A DNA stretch of 64,000 nt from the human T2T-CHM13v2.0 reference genome, Homo sapiens, in NCBI RefSeq assembly GCF_009914755.1, contig NC_060937.1; one strand, written 5' to 3'. Position 1 is the first letter of the stretch, and every line of letters starts with the position of its first letter. The notes under the pieces were generated by a model. It made no database searches, was not told the origin of the DNA, and worked only from the letters and a program-made list of their open reading frames with translations. Shown here piece by piece: positions 1-13,728 of the stretch. Both the position numbers and the translations under genes were made by a program.

Positions 1-296
1 CTTTTGTAGCCAGAAGCTGCATGGCCTCTAAACCGTAATTTCTAATCTTGTAGCTAATTTGTTAGTCCTACAATGCAGGCTGGTCCCCAGGCAAGGAGTT
101 TTTAGGGGAAAGGGCTATTATCAATTTTGTTTCAGAGTTTAAACTACAAGCTAAATTCCTTCCTAAGGCTAGTTAGGCCTACATCCAGGAATGAACAAAG
201 ACAGCTTAGAGATTAGAAGGAAAACAGGGTCAGTTAGGTCTGATCTCTTTCACTGTCATAATTTCCTCAGTTACGATTTTTGCAAAGGCGGTTACA
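1..296 (-). mobile_element. ERV1 LTR (LTR8-like), 5' part, truncated by window edge
   Basis: Reverse complement starts TGTAACCGCCTTTGCAAAAATCGTAACTGAGGAAATTATGACAGTGAAAGAGATCAGACCTAAC, matching the recalled LTR8 5' end. Confidence 0.75.
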
Positions 297-399
297 ACAT
301 CATGGTGTTAGTTTGTTTCCTGAGAGTGAGCATCCCCTCTCCAACAAGTCAGTGGGCACTTGAGCCCAGGGATCTGAGAATCTGTGTTTTGCCTTCTGT

Positions 400-630
400 C
401 TTTCTTGATCTGTCAAAACCCTTCTTCTCTTTCAAGGCACAACTCAGATATCAGCTCCTTGGAGAAACCTTCTTAGACCCTCCCCCACCATCCCCCATCT
501 AGGCAGAATGAATGGCCCCATTAGCATGTAAGCTTCTAATTCTATGGTAACGCAGCCCACCTCTTCCATAACATTACTTTTGATAAGCACATTTCCCCTG
601 GCAGTAGGTGGTAAGTAGATGTTGAATGGA
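400..630. mobile_element. L2 3' fragment (degenerate)
   Basis: tctttcaaggcacaactcagatatcagctccttggagaaaccttc ... gtaagtagatgttgaatg resembles the L2 3' end. Confidence 0.45.
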
Positions 631-700
631 GATACAAATACTCACATAGCTATTACTCTAGCAGGTACATGCTGTTAATAAACTCTCTAATAATGACTGA

Positions 701-999
<299 letters not shown>

Positions 1000-1940
1000 T
1001 GAAATTGTTAATTTGAGTATTTGCTCACCTTGCAGATATGGCACTGTGTGAAATCTTTATAACATCATTATGGCCACTGCCACAATCCATAGGATCTAAA
1101 CTACATTACACTGTTGACATTCGAAGAGGAGAGAATATAGACCAATGTCTTCATGAAGCCCAAATTTATAAATAACATTATAAATGTTGTCCATTTGGTC
1201 ATATAGCACTAGGGACCACCAACTTTTAGTGCCTCGGAAAATGTTTGAAAACTGCACAATTAAAACTAATAAAAGTTTAATTAAATGTTTACAACATATT
1301 ACATACCACCTATAATTTTATTTATATATATAGTTATATAGAATATGGAAGTTTATTTTGAAAGAATAAGATAATTTTTATCAACAGACCTTAAAACTAT
1401 AAATCTTGTTTACATGATTTTAACATTAAATAGGAATATTTTTAAAATATGGGATGTGGTTGCCTTTTAATATGTTTGATTGAATAGAATCTCCAAAAGG
1501 AAGAACACTTGAGCCTGTGAAGTTCTTAAATTAATCCTTCTGTGGTATAAAATTCCCCCTACAAAGTGCAAGTAAGGTATACCTGAGAAAGCATACATAG
1601 TACCATTAGACATTTCTTGATTTCTAAATAGAACCCAAAAGTTATTTTGAAAGACATTTTCATTGTTCAATCTTTTCACTTCCATTACCAGCAGTAGCAG
1701 CTTCCTTAGGGGATTTTTTTTCTTTTTTTAGGAAACAAAGAAGTGCCTTTTTAAGCACTTAATGGGAGACCTGAGCCTAGAAAGGCAGGTGGAGAGGAGG
1801 ACGCCTCCCTCGGGTGTGGCTCCGGGCGGGCGGCCAGCCCAACTGCCCAGCCCAACTGCCCAGCCCACGCCTGCTCTGGCTCACCCTTCCATGCCAGCAC
1901 CTCATCACCAGCCAATGGGTCCTGAATTCAAATCTGGTCC

Positions 1941-2629
1941 TGTAAGGCCCCAAGGGGTAATTCCTGCCCACTGCATCAGGAAAAACCACAGCCTTGCAGG
2001 AGGGAAACAGTTTAATAGACATGAAGTCAGCCATGCCACGTGGGAGATGGAGTTCCTACTCAAATCATCTCATTCAAATCTCATAGGTTAGGAGTTTTTC
2101 AAAGGCAGTTCGGGGGAAGGGGTCAGGGTGGTCAGGTAACAGGTACTTGCTGCTGATTGGTTGGGGCAGAGATGAACTCATAGGATGTTGAAGCTGTCCT
2201 CCTGTGGGAGGAATCACTTCTGGGTGGGGCCACAAGAGCGGGGTTTTTGGTCCAGGTGGAGCCGTCAGTGTCAGACATGCAAAAAAACCTGGAAATAGAT
2301 CTCAAAAGGCCAATCTATAATAGTAGTGTTATTTGTAGGAGTAATTGGGGAAGTTGCATGTCTTATAAACCCTGGAATAATGTCTGCACTTTAGCAGGAC
2401 CCAGGCTCCTATCCTCCCCTGCAGCCTCATGGCTTCCTATTAGCTTTACAAAAGCAGTTGAGTTTTGGGCAAGACCCATTATCATTTAAACTGTAATCTA
2501 AATGCCTTCCAAAGTTAGCTTGGCCCAATAGCCCAGGAATAATGAAAGGAAAGGCAAGATGAGGTTTGGGTTAGCTTAGCTTACTGTTTTAATTTTCTCA
2601 CTGATATAACTTTTGCAAAGGCAGTTTCA
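1941..2629 (-). mobile_element. Complete ERV1 solo LTR (LTR8/MER4-group-like)
   Basis: TG...CA termini; reverse complement starts TGAAACTGCCTTTGCAAAAGTTAT; 4-bp TSD GTCC at 1937-1940 and 2630-2633. Confidence 0.8.
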
Positions 2630-3032
2630 GTCCTCAACCATATTACAGATCACTGCATGTTGCAGAACTTTGGGTTATCTGCAAGTGGTTGAAACCATGA
2701 GGTGAACTCTAGTAATGCTATGGGTCTGTTGCAATGTTATGGATAGCAGATGAAAGCACCTGAGTGGTAGACATCCCTAGAAACCCTGGCATTGGAAGAG
2801 GACAGAGGGAAGTAAACGACGTGTGCACAACTGAAAATCTGTTCTCAGGGATTTGAAATCAACAACGAGAGGACACCTTCTGGCTTTTGGTTTGGAGACC
2901 TAGAACTTTCATGTCAATGTAGCTGCCTCTTTTACAAAGTGGCAGATCAGAAGAAACATTCAATAGTTTTTAGAAAAGATGCTGTCCCCCTGTGATTTCT
3001 CCTCCCACACTATCACTGTCTTTTAGAGATTC

Positions 3033-3188
3033 TGTTATCAAAACACCAAGGGTTCAGTCTAGGTCCTGCTGCTCACCACACAGAAAGCCAATCACTGAGA
3101 CAATGAGTATTGCCAGGGAAGAAAGCTTTAATCTGGGACTGCCCCCAAGGAGAAAGGGAGATAAAGTCTTAAATCCATCTCCCCATCA
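3033..3188 (-). mobile_element. ERV1 LTR fragment (3' end), abutting MER41
   Basis: tgttatcaaaacaccaagggttcagtctaggtcctgctgctcaccacacagaaagccaatcactgaga resembles the reverse complement of an ERV1 LTR U5 end; subfamily uncertain. Confidence 0.6.
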
Positions 3189-4005
3189 TGTCAGAGGTGT
3201 TCAAACAGGAGCAACTCCATCTTGAATAGGGGCTGGGCAAAGTAAGGCTGAGACCTACTGGGCTGAATTCCCAGACAGGTAGGCATTCTAAGTCATAAAG
3301 TGAGATAGCAGGTCAGCACAAGATACAGATCATAAAGACCTTGCTGATAAAACAGGTTGCAGTAAAGAAGCCGGCCAAAACCCACCAAGAGGGGGATGAG
3401 AGCAACCTCTGGTCATCCTCACTGCTACACTCCCACCAGCACCACGACAGTTTACAAATGCCATGGCAATGTCAGGAATTTACCCTATATGGTCTAAAAA
3501 GGAGAAGCATGAATAATCCACCCCTTATTTAGCATATAATCAAGAAATAACCATAAAAATGGGCACCCAGCAGCCCTAGGAGCTGCTCTGCATATGGAGT
3601 AGCCATTCTTTTATTCCTTTACTTTTTTTTTTTATTTTTTTTGAGGTCTTGTTCTGTCGCCCAGGCTGGAGTGCAGTGGCGCAATCTTGGCTCACTGCAA
3701 GCTCCGCCTCCCAGGTTCATGCCATTCTCCTGCCTCAGCCCCCTGAGTAGCTGGGACTACAGGCGTCCACCACCACACCCAGCTAATTTTTTGTATTTTT
3801 AGAAGAGACGGGGTTTCACCATGTTAGCCAGGATGGTCTTGATCTCCTGACCCGTGATCCGCCCTCCTCGGCCTCCGAAAGTGCTCCTTTACTTTCTTAA
3901 TAAACTTGCTCTCACTTTACTCTATGGGTTTGCCTTGAATTCTTTCTTGTGTGAGATCCAAAAACCCTTTATTGGGGTCTGGATCAGGACCCCTTTCCGG
4001 TAACA
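3189..4005 (+). mobile_element. MER41A-like LTR (ERV1), interrupted by an Alu
   Basis: Starts tgtcagaggtgttcaaacaggagcaactccatcttgaatagggg and ends ggacccctttccggtaaca; lacks the tandem GAS segment of MER41B; AATAAA at 3899-3904. Confidence 0.85.
3626..3884 (-). mobile_element. 5'-truncated AluY-like element nested in MER41A
   Basis: Poly-T, gcaagctccgcctcccaggttcatgccattctcc, ends at aaagtgc; TSD tcctttacttt at 3615-3625 and 3885-3895. Confidence 0.9.
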
Positions 4006-4011
4006 TCTTTC

Positions 4012-4029
4012 TGGTGACCATGAAGGGAC
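4012..4029 (+). other. Retroviral primer-binding site (tRNA-Arg-like) after the MER41 LTR
   Basis: tggtgaccatgaagggac lies 6 nt after the LTR end and is a CpG-decayed form of TGGCGACCACGAAGGGA, complementary to a recalled tRNA-Arg 3' end. Confidence 0.65.
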
Positions 4030-4167
4030 AATACTGGTGAGACTTCCCCCGCCCAACCCAAAGGAAACAGACTGCAGCACCATCAGTTAGACTAGGTATG
4101 TAAGCGTATTCAAGAATTCATAAAGAAAAATGTTTAATATCAGATGATAATATTGCTATCTTTCTAG

Positions 4168-4222
4168 ATGAAAAACAAAGTGAAGTCTGTGATTGTACCT
4201 ACTTGGAGGTGAACCAAAATAA
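4168..4222 (+). pseudogene. WDR95P: WD pseudogene exon A: (D)EKQSEVCDCTYLEVNQN(K)
   Basis: Acceptor tatctttctag, donor gtgagt at 4223; open 55 nt, ends phase 2. Confidence 0.8.
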
Positions 4223-4248
4223 GTGAGTTATATTCAGCTTGGATATAA

Positions 4249-4578
<330 letters not shown>

Positions 4579-5241
4579 TAAAGTTTTTTCTGGAGGAAGG
4601 CACCCAGACAGTGAAGGGTATTTTCCAGAAGAAAATGTGTTGAGGCATTCCCGAGGACCCCAGTTGCTCCCCAGTGGTAATTTAGGCAACTAGTCTCTTC
4701 CAGAACATTGGAAGCAATTCTCCGCACATTTTGACAATTGTTTAGAAATAGAGAAAGCAAGCACTGTTATCCCCCAGCCAAATGCATTGTTAAGAAAGAA
4801 ATCAGAGACTGGCGTAATTAAATTCTGCTGCCATAAATCAAAGAATAAAAATCTACCAAATTCCCTTCTGGACACTCAGAAAGTAAAAGCAATTCTTGGC
4901 CAAGCTCTGTTCATAGTTCAACCTTACCTCCATGGATCCATGCTCCTAGGACCAGGCAAGCCTCAGAAAGGCAGCTGCTGATGGAGCAGCATCTGTCGAC
5001 TCAGAAATTACAGGGCATCCTATTCTTGTCTCCTGATCCCTTAAACACCAGTTAAAAAACTGATTGTAATTTATCAAATCACATTTTACCGTGCTCTTCA
5101 TAAACAAAAGAGATTGTGTTCTTGTTCTCTTCATTAATCAGATGGATATGGCAAAATTAAACCACAGTCTTAATTCCCCCACAAACATTAAACAGATGAA
5201 AAGCTTAAATATCAAAATATAAAGTTCTGTTACTGTTCTAG

Positions 5242-5287
5242 GTGTATCATAGTTGTTGGGTGAGACAGAAGAATAGTTGTGTATTTT
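5242..5287 (+). pseudogene. WDR95P: WD pseudogene exon B: (K)CIIVVG*DRRIVVYF
   Basis: Acceptor ctgttctag; starts phase 2 matching exon A; TGA at 5261-5263 in the GWD position; followed by ataagt (dead gtaagt donor). Confidence 0.8.
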
Positions 5288-5533
5288 ATAAGTGAAACAT
5301 ATAAAACGATGATATTTCAAAACCCTCCATCAGATTTATCTCCTTCTTTCCCACTCTCTGTTCTTTTTCTTTTAACCATCTTTCTCACTCTGTTAATTCT
5401 TTTTCTTCTAAACAGAGATTTTGGAGAAATCCTTTACACCTTTGTTTTCTGGTACAAGTCAGGTTGTGATATAGACAGAAGAGTTTCCTCCCTCCCTGCC
5501 TGCCTTCCTTATTTCCTTTAAAAACCTTTATAC

Positions 5534-5802
<269 letters not shown>

Positions 5803-6793
5803 TAAAACCTTTTTACTTCATTTGTTGCATAGTTTATTTTCTCTAGTTCCATTCCCTAAGACGAAGTAATAGTTAGAACAGCTCTTGGGGCCAGAGAGGG
5901 TATCCCTGGGAATCAAAACCAAGCCTGTGCCTTGAACACCGGCAGTGCTTCCCCTGGCCTTGCGCTCTTTGCCCTGTTTTCTAACCCTTTGTCGAGGCTG
6001 GTCGTGGTTCTGGCTCCCAGCCTGCAGGGTTTTCCAGCTGTGGCCACATCCCCTTGCTCTCAGCTGCCATTAACTGGTCTGTCAGTTGTCTCACCTTCGG
6101 TTTCTTCCTTCCATCTGCCTGGTCCTTACATCCTAGTTCATCTCTAAATGGAAAGAGGAGATGTGATGCTATCCACAGATAGCTCTGCGGAAAGAACTTT
6201 TTTTAGTGGCTTAGGTTGGGGAAGGGGATGAAGAGACAGGAGAAGCTGAAAGTGCTGACTAAAACTAAGTTTTAAATCTCCCCGTGGCATTTTCTTTCTC
6301 TTGCTTGCTATGCTGTGTAGTCATGGATTTCCACGTCTTTAAACACTGTAAGTTCTTTATTCATTTGAAAGTGTGCTGTATTTCACAGCGTAAGCCTTGC
6401 ATCTGCAGAATGATCTGAGAGATGACTACCTGAGAAGTCTTGGTATTGAATTTGTCTTTTGGAATTACAGGTTCCTGGGCTGATGGCTTTGGTTTTAGCA
6501 CATGCAACAGCTAAGGGTCTTATTACGAAGGCGAAGCTATGCAGACCATCTAGGAGAGCTTGTCAGTTGACACATGATTTGCTGAAATGCAATCACCCAA
6601 ACGTCAGGAGTGGATTGCTTTTTATTCCTACTGGCACTCGGGGAATTTGCTTTGACATTTCAAAAATCTGCATCACTGGTTGGGGGTGAGGGGTAGGGTT
6701 ATAAATGTGCTGACACCTTCTCTCTGAAGCAGCAAGTGTCTGGCAGCTCATTTTATTGCTTGTACAACATCTCCTCTTTGGCTTTGGATACAG

Positions 6794-6853
6794 GACATGC
6801 CACATGACTTTCGTCACTTCTGGAAACCACAGCCATGCTGGCAGGATGACCTG
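6794..6853 (+). pseudogene. WDR95P: WD pseudogene exon C: DMPHDFRHFWKPQPCWQDDL
   Basis: Acceptor ggatacag, donor gtgagc; 60 nt, phase 0-0, open. Confidence 0.8.
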
Positions 6854-7427
6854 GTGAGCCCTGGTCCCCTATCTGTCTGGCACACGACCAGGGTCTTTTT
6901 TTCTCCAGAGTCTCCCCCTGAGTCTTCTGGGCCTGCCTCAGGGCTCACAGCATCTCAGAAACCTCTGCTATAGCAGGATTCATGATTGAGGTCCAAGCTG
7001 AGCCAAAAGCACTGAGTGCGAGGGATCCACTTCCTCTTTCGGAAGAGTGACAGCCCAATGTTCAGGTTGGGGCATGAGGCCAGAGGCACAGGGTCCATTA
7101 ATCTACCTTGGGGGTCCTGGGGGGCACGAAGGGAGGCTCAGGGTGTGTTGGGTGTGATTTTCCTCAAGGAAGTATCTACATCATGCTTCTGTTTGGTGGG
7201 CCAAACTGTATGCATTCACTGTGCCATCCTTTGGCAGCCAGGGAGCCTAAGAGATGGCATTCCTATTGCCTAGTGGCTTGTTAGGGGCCCATAGCCAGAA
7301 GACTGCTTGTGATTCTTATTAGGACTCAAAATGTCTCCAACTTTACACAGCTTCCCTGGACTGAATGATCTCCCTCAAAATTGTCTGGATGCCAAGTCAG
7401 TAAGACGTGTGTTAAGAAAGCAAGGTC

Positions 7428-7733
7428 AACTGGGTGCGGTGGCTCACATCTGTAATCCCAGCACTTTGGGAAGCCGAGGCAGGCGGATTGCCTGAGCCCA
7501 GGAGTTTGAGACCAGCTTGGGCAAAATGGCAAAACCCCGTCTCTACAAAATAAAACTTTTTAAAATTAGCCAGGTGTGGTGGCACACATCTGTATTCCTG
7601 GCTACTCGGGAGGCTGAGGTGGAAGGATTGCTTGGACCCAGGAGGTCAAGGCTACAGTGAGCTGTGATCATGCCACTGCACTCCAGCCCAGGAAACAGAA
7701 TGAGACCTTGTCTCAAAAAAAAAAAAAAAAAAA
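7428..7733 (+). mobile_element. Alu (AluJ-like)
   Basis: J-type gagcccaggagtttgagacc and gaggtcaaggctacagtgagctgtgatc; poly-A tail. Confidence 0.95.
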
Positions 7734-7809
7734 TCACTGTGCCCCACCATCTGCCATTGCCTCACCTACCTTAAGTCCCCTGTAAATACTCCAAAAGGTA
7801 AAAGTCACT

Positions 7810-8340
7810 AGAATACAAACTCCATGAAGACACACCTCATTTGCTTTTTCACTGCGGTATTTCCAGGACTTAGCCCAGTGCCTGGTTTACAGTAGCTGCC
7901 CAATAAATATGTTTTCATTCAACCAGCATCTGTTAAATGCCTATTGTGGACCAAGTGTGTGTTATTCAGTAAAGATGCAGTGAGGAGCAAAACCAGGCTT
8001 AGTCGCCCCCTTCATGGAGCTTGCAGTTTAGTGAATGTTGAATGAAAGAACAAATTTATGCAGAAAATGTCCCAGGAAATCATGGCCATCGCAAGGGCAG
8101 AAATCATCCATGAGTCAGTGAAGTCCATATTCATTCAGTTTTTCATTCATTCAATGCATATTTATCAAGCACTTGCATAGCTCAGTGGATAGGTAAAGAT
8201 GCTAAAAACATGAATAAAACATGATTCCCAGCCTCAAGAATCTCATGGACTGGCAAAGAGATAAACCACTGAGGAAATAATAACCATACAATGTGACAGA
8301 TGATATAATAAGGTATAAAATGCTGGGGTAGCACAGAGAT
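7810..8340. mobile_element. L2 fragments
   Basis: agaatacaaactccatgaag...cccagtgcctgg...caataaatatg and ttcattcattcaatgcatatttatcaagcac motifs. Confidence 0.55.
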
Positions 8341-8576
8341 GGGAACCGCCAACTTTGCTAGAATATCATACAGGATATTAAAAGATTTCTAGGATTGAGG
8401 ACAAGGTGAGAAAGGCAATCTAGATGAGGGGAAAGGGGGAAAGCAGGAGCAAAGTCTGGACGCATGAAAGGCTTGTTTGGAAGGACTATGGAATGTCTGA
8501 GGGGCTAGAGCATTGGGTACAGAAGGAAAATGAGGTTAGAAATTTAAATTACAGCTTGAAAGCCAAGCTAAGATAT

Positions 8577-8945
8577 TGTCTTAGGCTTCTTGTGCGGCCA
8601 TAACAAAATACCGTAGACTGGGGAGCTTAAATAACAGAAATTTATTTCTCCTAGGTCTGGACGCTGGCAGTTCGAGATCAAGTGCCAGCGTGTTTGGGTT
8701 CTGGTAAGGGCTGTCTTCCTGGTTTCCAGACAGCTACCTTCTTGCTGTGTCCTCAAATGGCTGAGAGAGTGAGCTCTCTGGTGTCTCTTTTCACAAGGGC
8801 ACTAATCCCATCATGAGGGTCCCACCTTCATGACCTCTTCTAACCCTCATCACCTCCAAAAGACCCCATCTCCAAATCCTATCACATTGGAGGTTAGGGC
8901 TTCAACATATGAATTTGAGGGGACAGAAGCATTCAGTCTCTAACA
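8577..8945 (-). mobile_element. MaLR LTR (MLT1A-like)
   Basis: tgtcttagg...cataacaaaatacc...agaaatttatttctc...agggcttcaacatatgaattt...taaca. Confidence 0.85.
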
Positions 8946-9373
8946 GCTGCATAAACTTCATTCTCTAGGCGGGCAGGTTATGGAAGGAGGAGCCCAGACC
9001 GAAGTGCTCACAATTATGGAGGGGCAGGGTGTTGGTGGGGGGGACCTGGCAGCCCAGGCTTGTGGGGAGGACATGGCATTGACCTGTCTTTTTCAACAGT
9101 CTCACAATGCACTTTTTCAGCTACATTCAGGCAGAAGGGGCATCTTAGGTGATCATGGATAAGTCCCCGAGGGGTGCTCTGTGGCAAGGGAGAAAGAATA
9201 TCTTTGCAGGACCAAGAGAAGCCAGTTCTTTTCATATTGTAATGATCCTACAATGAGGATGGTGAAAAGATGAGGGAATGATCAGGGACTCTTTGAACCT
9301 GCAGCACTTTGAAGACAAAATGGTCTTCAAAAGTCCATTTTGGTTTTGTATCTTTCCTTAGGGTACATATCTA

Positions 9374-9790
<417 letters not shown>

Positions 9791-10064
9791 TGAGGAAGCT
9801 GCTAGGAGTAGCACTTCCCTGGGAGGGACAAGGCCCTCAGAGGGGATAAAACTGACCCAAGGAGAGGTAGCTCCTCTCTGGCTGACCTGCAGACAGACTC
9901 CAACACAGAAGAGTGGGGGTTCTAGGTGAGCCCTTGATTGGGAAGCCACAGAAGGAGGCACCCTTCTGTACTCTCTGTCATAGGGATTAAAGAAATAAAA
10001 GTTAACTATGAGTGACTTGGGATTTGATTTCTTAACTCTGTCCCTTTTTTTTTTTCTTTCTCTG

Positions 10065-10210
10065 AACCATAGGCACAAGGAGGACAACCTCTGTGTCCTC
10101 TCCAGTTACAACGGGGAGATTATTATTTGAAAAGTCATCTCAGGCCACATATCATACAAGCTGAACACTTCCAGCCCCTCTGATGGCCCAGATGATAGAG
10201 TAGATGAAGG
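10065..10210 (+). pseudogene. WDR95P: WD pseudogene exon D: NHRHKEDNLCVLSSYNGEIII*KVISGHISYKLNTSSPSDGPDDRVDE
   Basis: Long polypyrimidine tract ending in ctctg rather than ctcag; GH...SSYDGEIIVW-type WD motif with TGA at 10128-10130; 3' boundary approximate. Confidence 0.8.
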
Positions 10211-11522
10211 GGCAGGCTCCATGGCCACTCTGCACAGGCCCTTCTGGCTGGAACTCCTGGCAAGTTGTCTGAAGGAGTCTCAGTTCTGGACTGCTTCCCA
10301 GTTAGAAGTGATTGGCCTGGTTTCAGGTTTGACTTGTCAGATGGAGATTCCCAAAGCTGGAAGGACACTTAAGAGTCCACCTAGGTTAGCCCACATCCCC
10401 AGGCACCTGTCCATCAAAGCCAGGCCAGCCCACCACCTCCAGGAGCCCTTTCTCATCAGCTGCCAACATGCCCCTAATAAGCCCCTCAGGCTTTGCTGGT
10501 TCTGCTCTCGCTTTTACTCCTCTGCTTTCTATGCCCATTCCCCACGTGCTTCCTCCGTCCAGCTAGCAAGCCTGTTCCCCAAACCCAGTGCAGACATCAT
10601 CTCTCTGATGCCTTATCCAACTGGATGTCCTCAGGCTTTTATGCCATTCTCATTCTCAACCCCCTCTGGTGGCCCATGGCCTTTATACACCCACTTGGGT
10701 CTGCCTGGGTCTGTCCTTAATGCCTGTATATTGTGTTATAAAAATGCGCCCCCTCCCCCACCCCGCTACCCCTTTCTTTTTCTTTTTTTTTTTTTGCCAA
10801 GGTTCCATTCTTTCTGCCAATGCAATCATAGGTTCATGCATTCATTTATTCATCCAAAAAATACTGACAAACACCTGCTCTGTGCCAGGCATGATGCTAG
10901 GTGTTGAGGCTTAGAGCTAGTAATCACATCCCTCTCCCTCCATGTCCTGAACCATTTGATAAATACATATGGGAAACAAACACAGGATCCAAATATCTAC
11001 CAGTTTTGTTGCTGCCTGTGCTGGATTGGATAAGTGGCTGGACCCCACAGCCAAGTGGGCTTCCTTCCTACCACTCTTCCCTCACCTCCAGAGTCTAGGC
11101 CCATCTTTCCCAAGCAGCAGGCCACAAACGCTCACCTGCCAACAGCCAGGAGCTATACCACCCCACGCCCGTGGAGCCCCAGTAGGGGAGACACAGGGAA
11201 TTGGACATTTTTGCTTAAATTTAGGAAGTTCTTATGTCTCCTGAAGCCCAACCAGCAAATACTGAGAGCAGTAAGTCCCGGATTACAATCCCTTGCTTCA
11301 GACATTTGATAACTCATTAGTCAAGGAGAAGCTCTGATGACTTATTCAATCAGAAATTATCTTTGAGCTGCTTCCACGGGCATAACCCATGAGAGACACA
11401 AAGAGGAAACAGAGAGATATGAGGCCTGGTGCTATCCTCAAGGGGCTCGTAGTCTAAATTCAAAGACAAGATATGCATGCCCAGCAGGTAAAATAAAGAT
11501 AAAGCCTTGCAGCCAGTCCTCA

Positions 11523-11983
<461 letters not shown>

Positions 11984-12679
11984 CCTCTTTGGAACCTTTG
12001 GGGAGAAAAGGTGGCAGCATCTTCTTCTAAAGCTTATTTTCATTGCCATTGAAATGAAAACAAGATTACTAGCCAAGAATGCAATGTTAACCTTTCAGCT
12101 AGCAGTTCTAATGTAAGACCCTGTTCACAGAAGCATTTATTGATCAGTTATTTGACATTTTGGTGGTTTTCTGAAGCCGGTCTTCTCCAAAAATGCAAAG
12201 CCAACTATAGCCACCAATAACTCACATTTGCATTGAAAAAAATTGCTAAAATGAGATAGAAATATATGAAAATTTCTCCACACTTCCAGAAAAGAACAGT
12301 CCTGGCTCTTCTTGAAGGTCAAACCAAAACACAGTGATCTTTGCATATGGGATTGGTTAGGAGATTGCCATCTTATTTGGAAAACCATCTGGGAAACTGT
12401 TCTGAAGTCATTCTCAGGAAAGAGGGAAACTGAGAGAGAAAGGCAACTGTACAAGCAAAGCCAGATGAGTAGAGAATATATTCTTTCTGCTGACTTTACA
12501 ACATTTTAACTTCATTCTTCCTTACACTGGGGATGGTTACTTCTTCTCTCACCTCAAAGAGAAAGAATTTGAAAGGGAAAGAGAAAGATCATGAAATTTC
12601 AATCAGGCTAAAATCCAGGAAATCTGTGCGTTCACTAGGATACTAAGGCATTTTATCTAGGAAAATAACATAACAACAT

Positions 12680-13500
12680 TTGTTGGGTACCTCTTCTATG
12701 TCAGTCATTTTCCGGAGTGCTTTTTAATATTTTATCTCATTTAGTGCTCATATTGATTCTGAGAGATAGGTACTATTATATTCATTTTCATGAATGGGGA
12801 AACTGAGGCTGCAGAATTAAATGGCAATGGTTGTAACAGCTGTCATTTGTTGAGCATCTTTGTGCCTGACACTTTACGTTCATGAAATCCATTCAGGAAA
12901 GTCGTGTAGTACTAGTCACATAGTGTCTTGATTAATCCCTTTTAAGACCCTATAAAGTAGGAACTTTCCATACCACAGGCGAAGAAAACTGAGGTTGAGG
13001 GAGGTGAAATGCTCCCCCAGGCCCCGCCCAGGTAAGTGGGGAAGGCGGCTGCATGCCCATGTCTCTGTGCCTCTGCAGCCTCTTTCCTGGAATGAGTGTG
13101 GGCAAAGCTAAGGAAGTTTGTGTTTGCTGCGTCCTCTCCTCTTTAACCTCTCCCACCTTGCCCCCTAAGTTCAATATTCCCATGAATCTAGTAACCTGAG
13201 AGCAAGGTAATGCTTAGCTCAAATCACTAGTGTTATTTTCTGGGAATCAGGGAGGATACTGGGCTGAAGAGCAAGGCAGCAGCCACATCTCCATATAGGT
13301 GACCCTCCATCCTGCCTCTGAGAGCATTCAGCCCCCTAAGGACAATCACAAAGGATAACGTCAAGGGCATGGGCTTTGGAGGCAAACAGCTGGGGTTGAA
13401 TCCCAACCCCTCCATTAGTAGCTGTGTTTGTGGGCACATTATGGTTCCTTCTAAACAGCAGTCTCTCCCCCTGTAAAATCGGAGGATAATGCCCAGTGCC
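12680..13500. mobile_element. Cluster of MIR fragments
   Basis: MIR core motifs: ggggaaactgaggct (12797), gaaaactgaggttgagggaggtgaa (12983), gggctttggaggcaaacagctggggttgaatccca...ctgtaaaatcggaggataat (13371-13490). Confidence 0.6.
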
Positions 13501-13728
13501 CAGAACATACAAAGTGTTCATGATATGGACAATTTTGGCTGTGGTCATCATCCACTTGAGGGCAAGGCTTGAGTTCTCTGTGTTCATTGTGGCTTCCCAA
13601 GTGCACAGCCCAGTGCTAAGCTCATAGTCAGATTGAAATAAATACTGTTGAATGATTAACATCCTGAGTTATGATAGTGAGCCTTGGGCGCACGACTCCA
13701 GCACCAGACCCATGATTTATATAATTTT

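Noticed and set aside
1035-1100. Possible upstream WD pseudogene exon after ccttgcag (GTV...GHCH-like fragments)
   Set aside because: Needs several frameshifts and has no donor; cannot be supported without an alignment.
1795-1875. Small CpG/GC-box cluster (gggcgggcgg)
   Set aside because: Under 100 nt, too short for a CpG island, and no associated first exon.
10221-10907. 228-aa plus-strand ORF
   Set aside because: No recognisable domain, low-complexity composition, and it runs through a T-tract and an L2 end; lies in a pseudogene intron.
11225-11277. AG...GTAAGT-bounded ~46-nt segment as the missing exon between pseudo-exons D and E
   Set aside because: No frame resembles the family, so the expected intervening exon was not identified.
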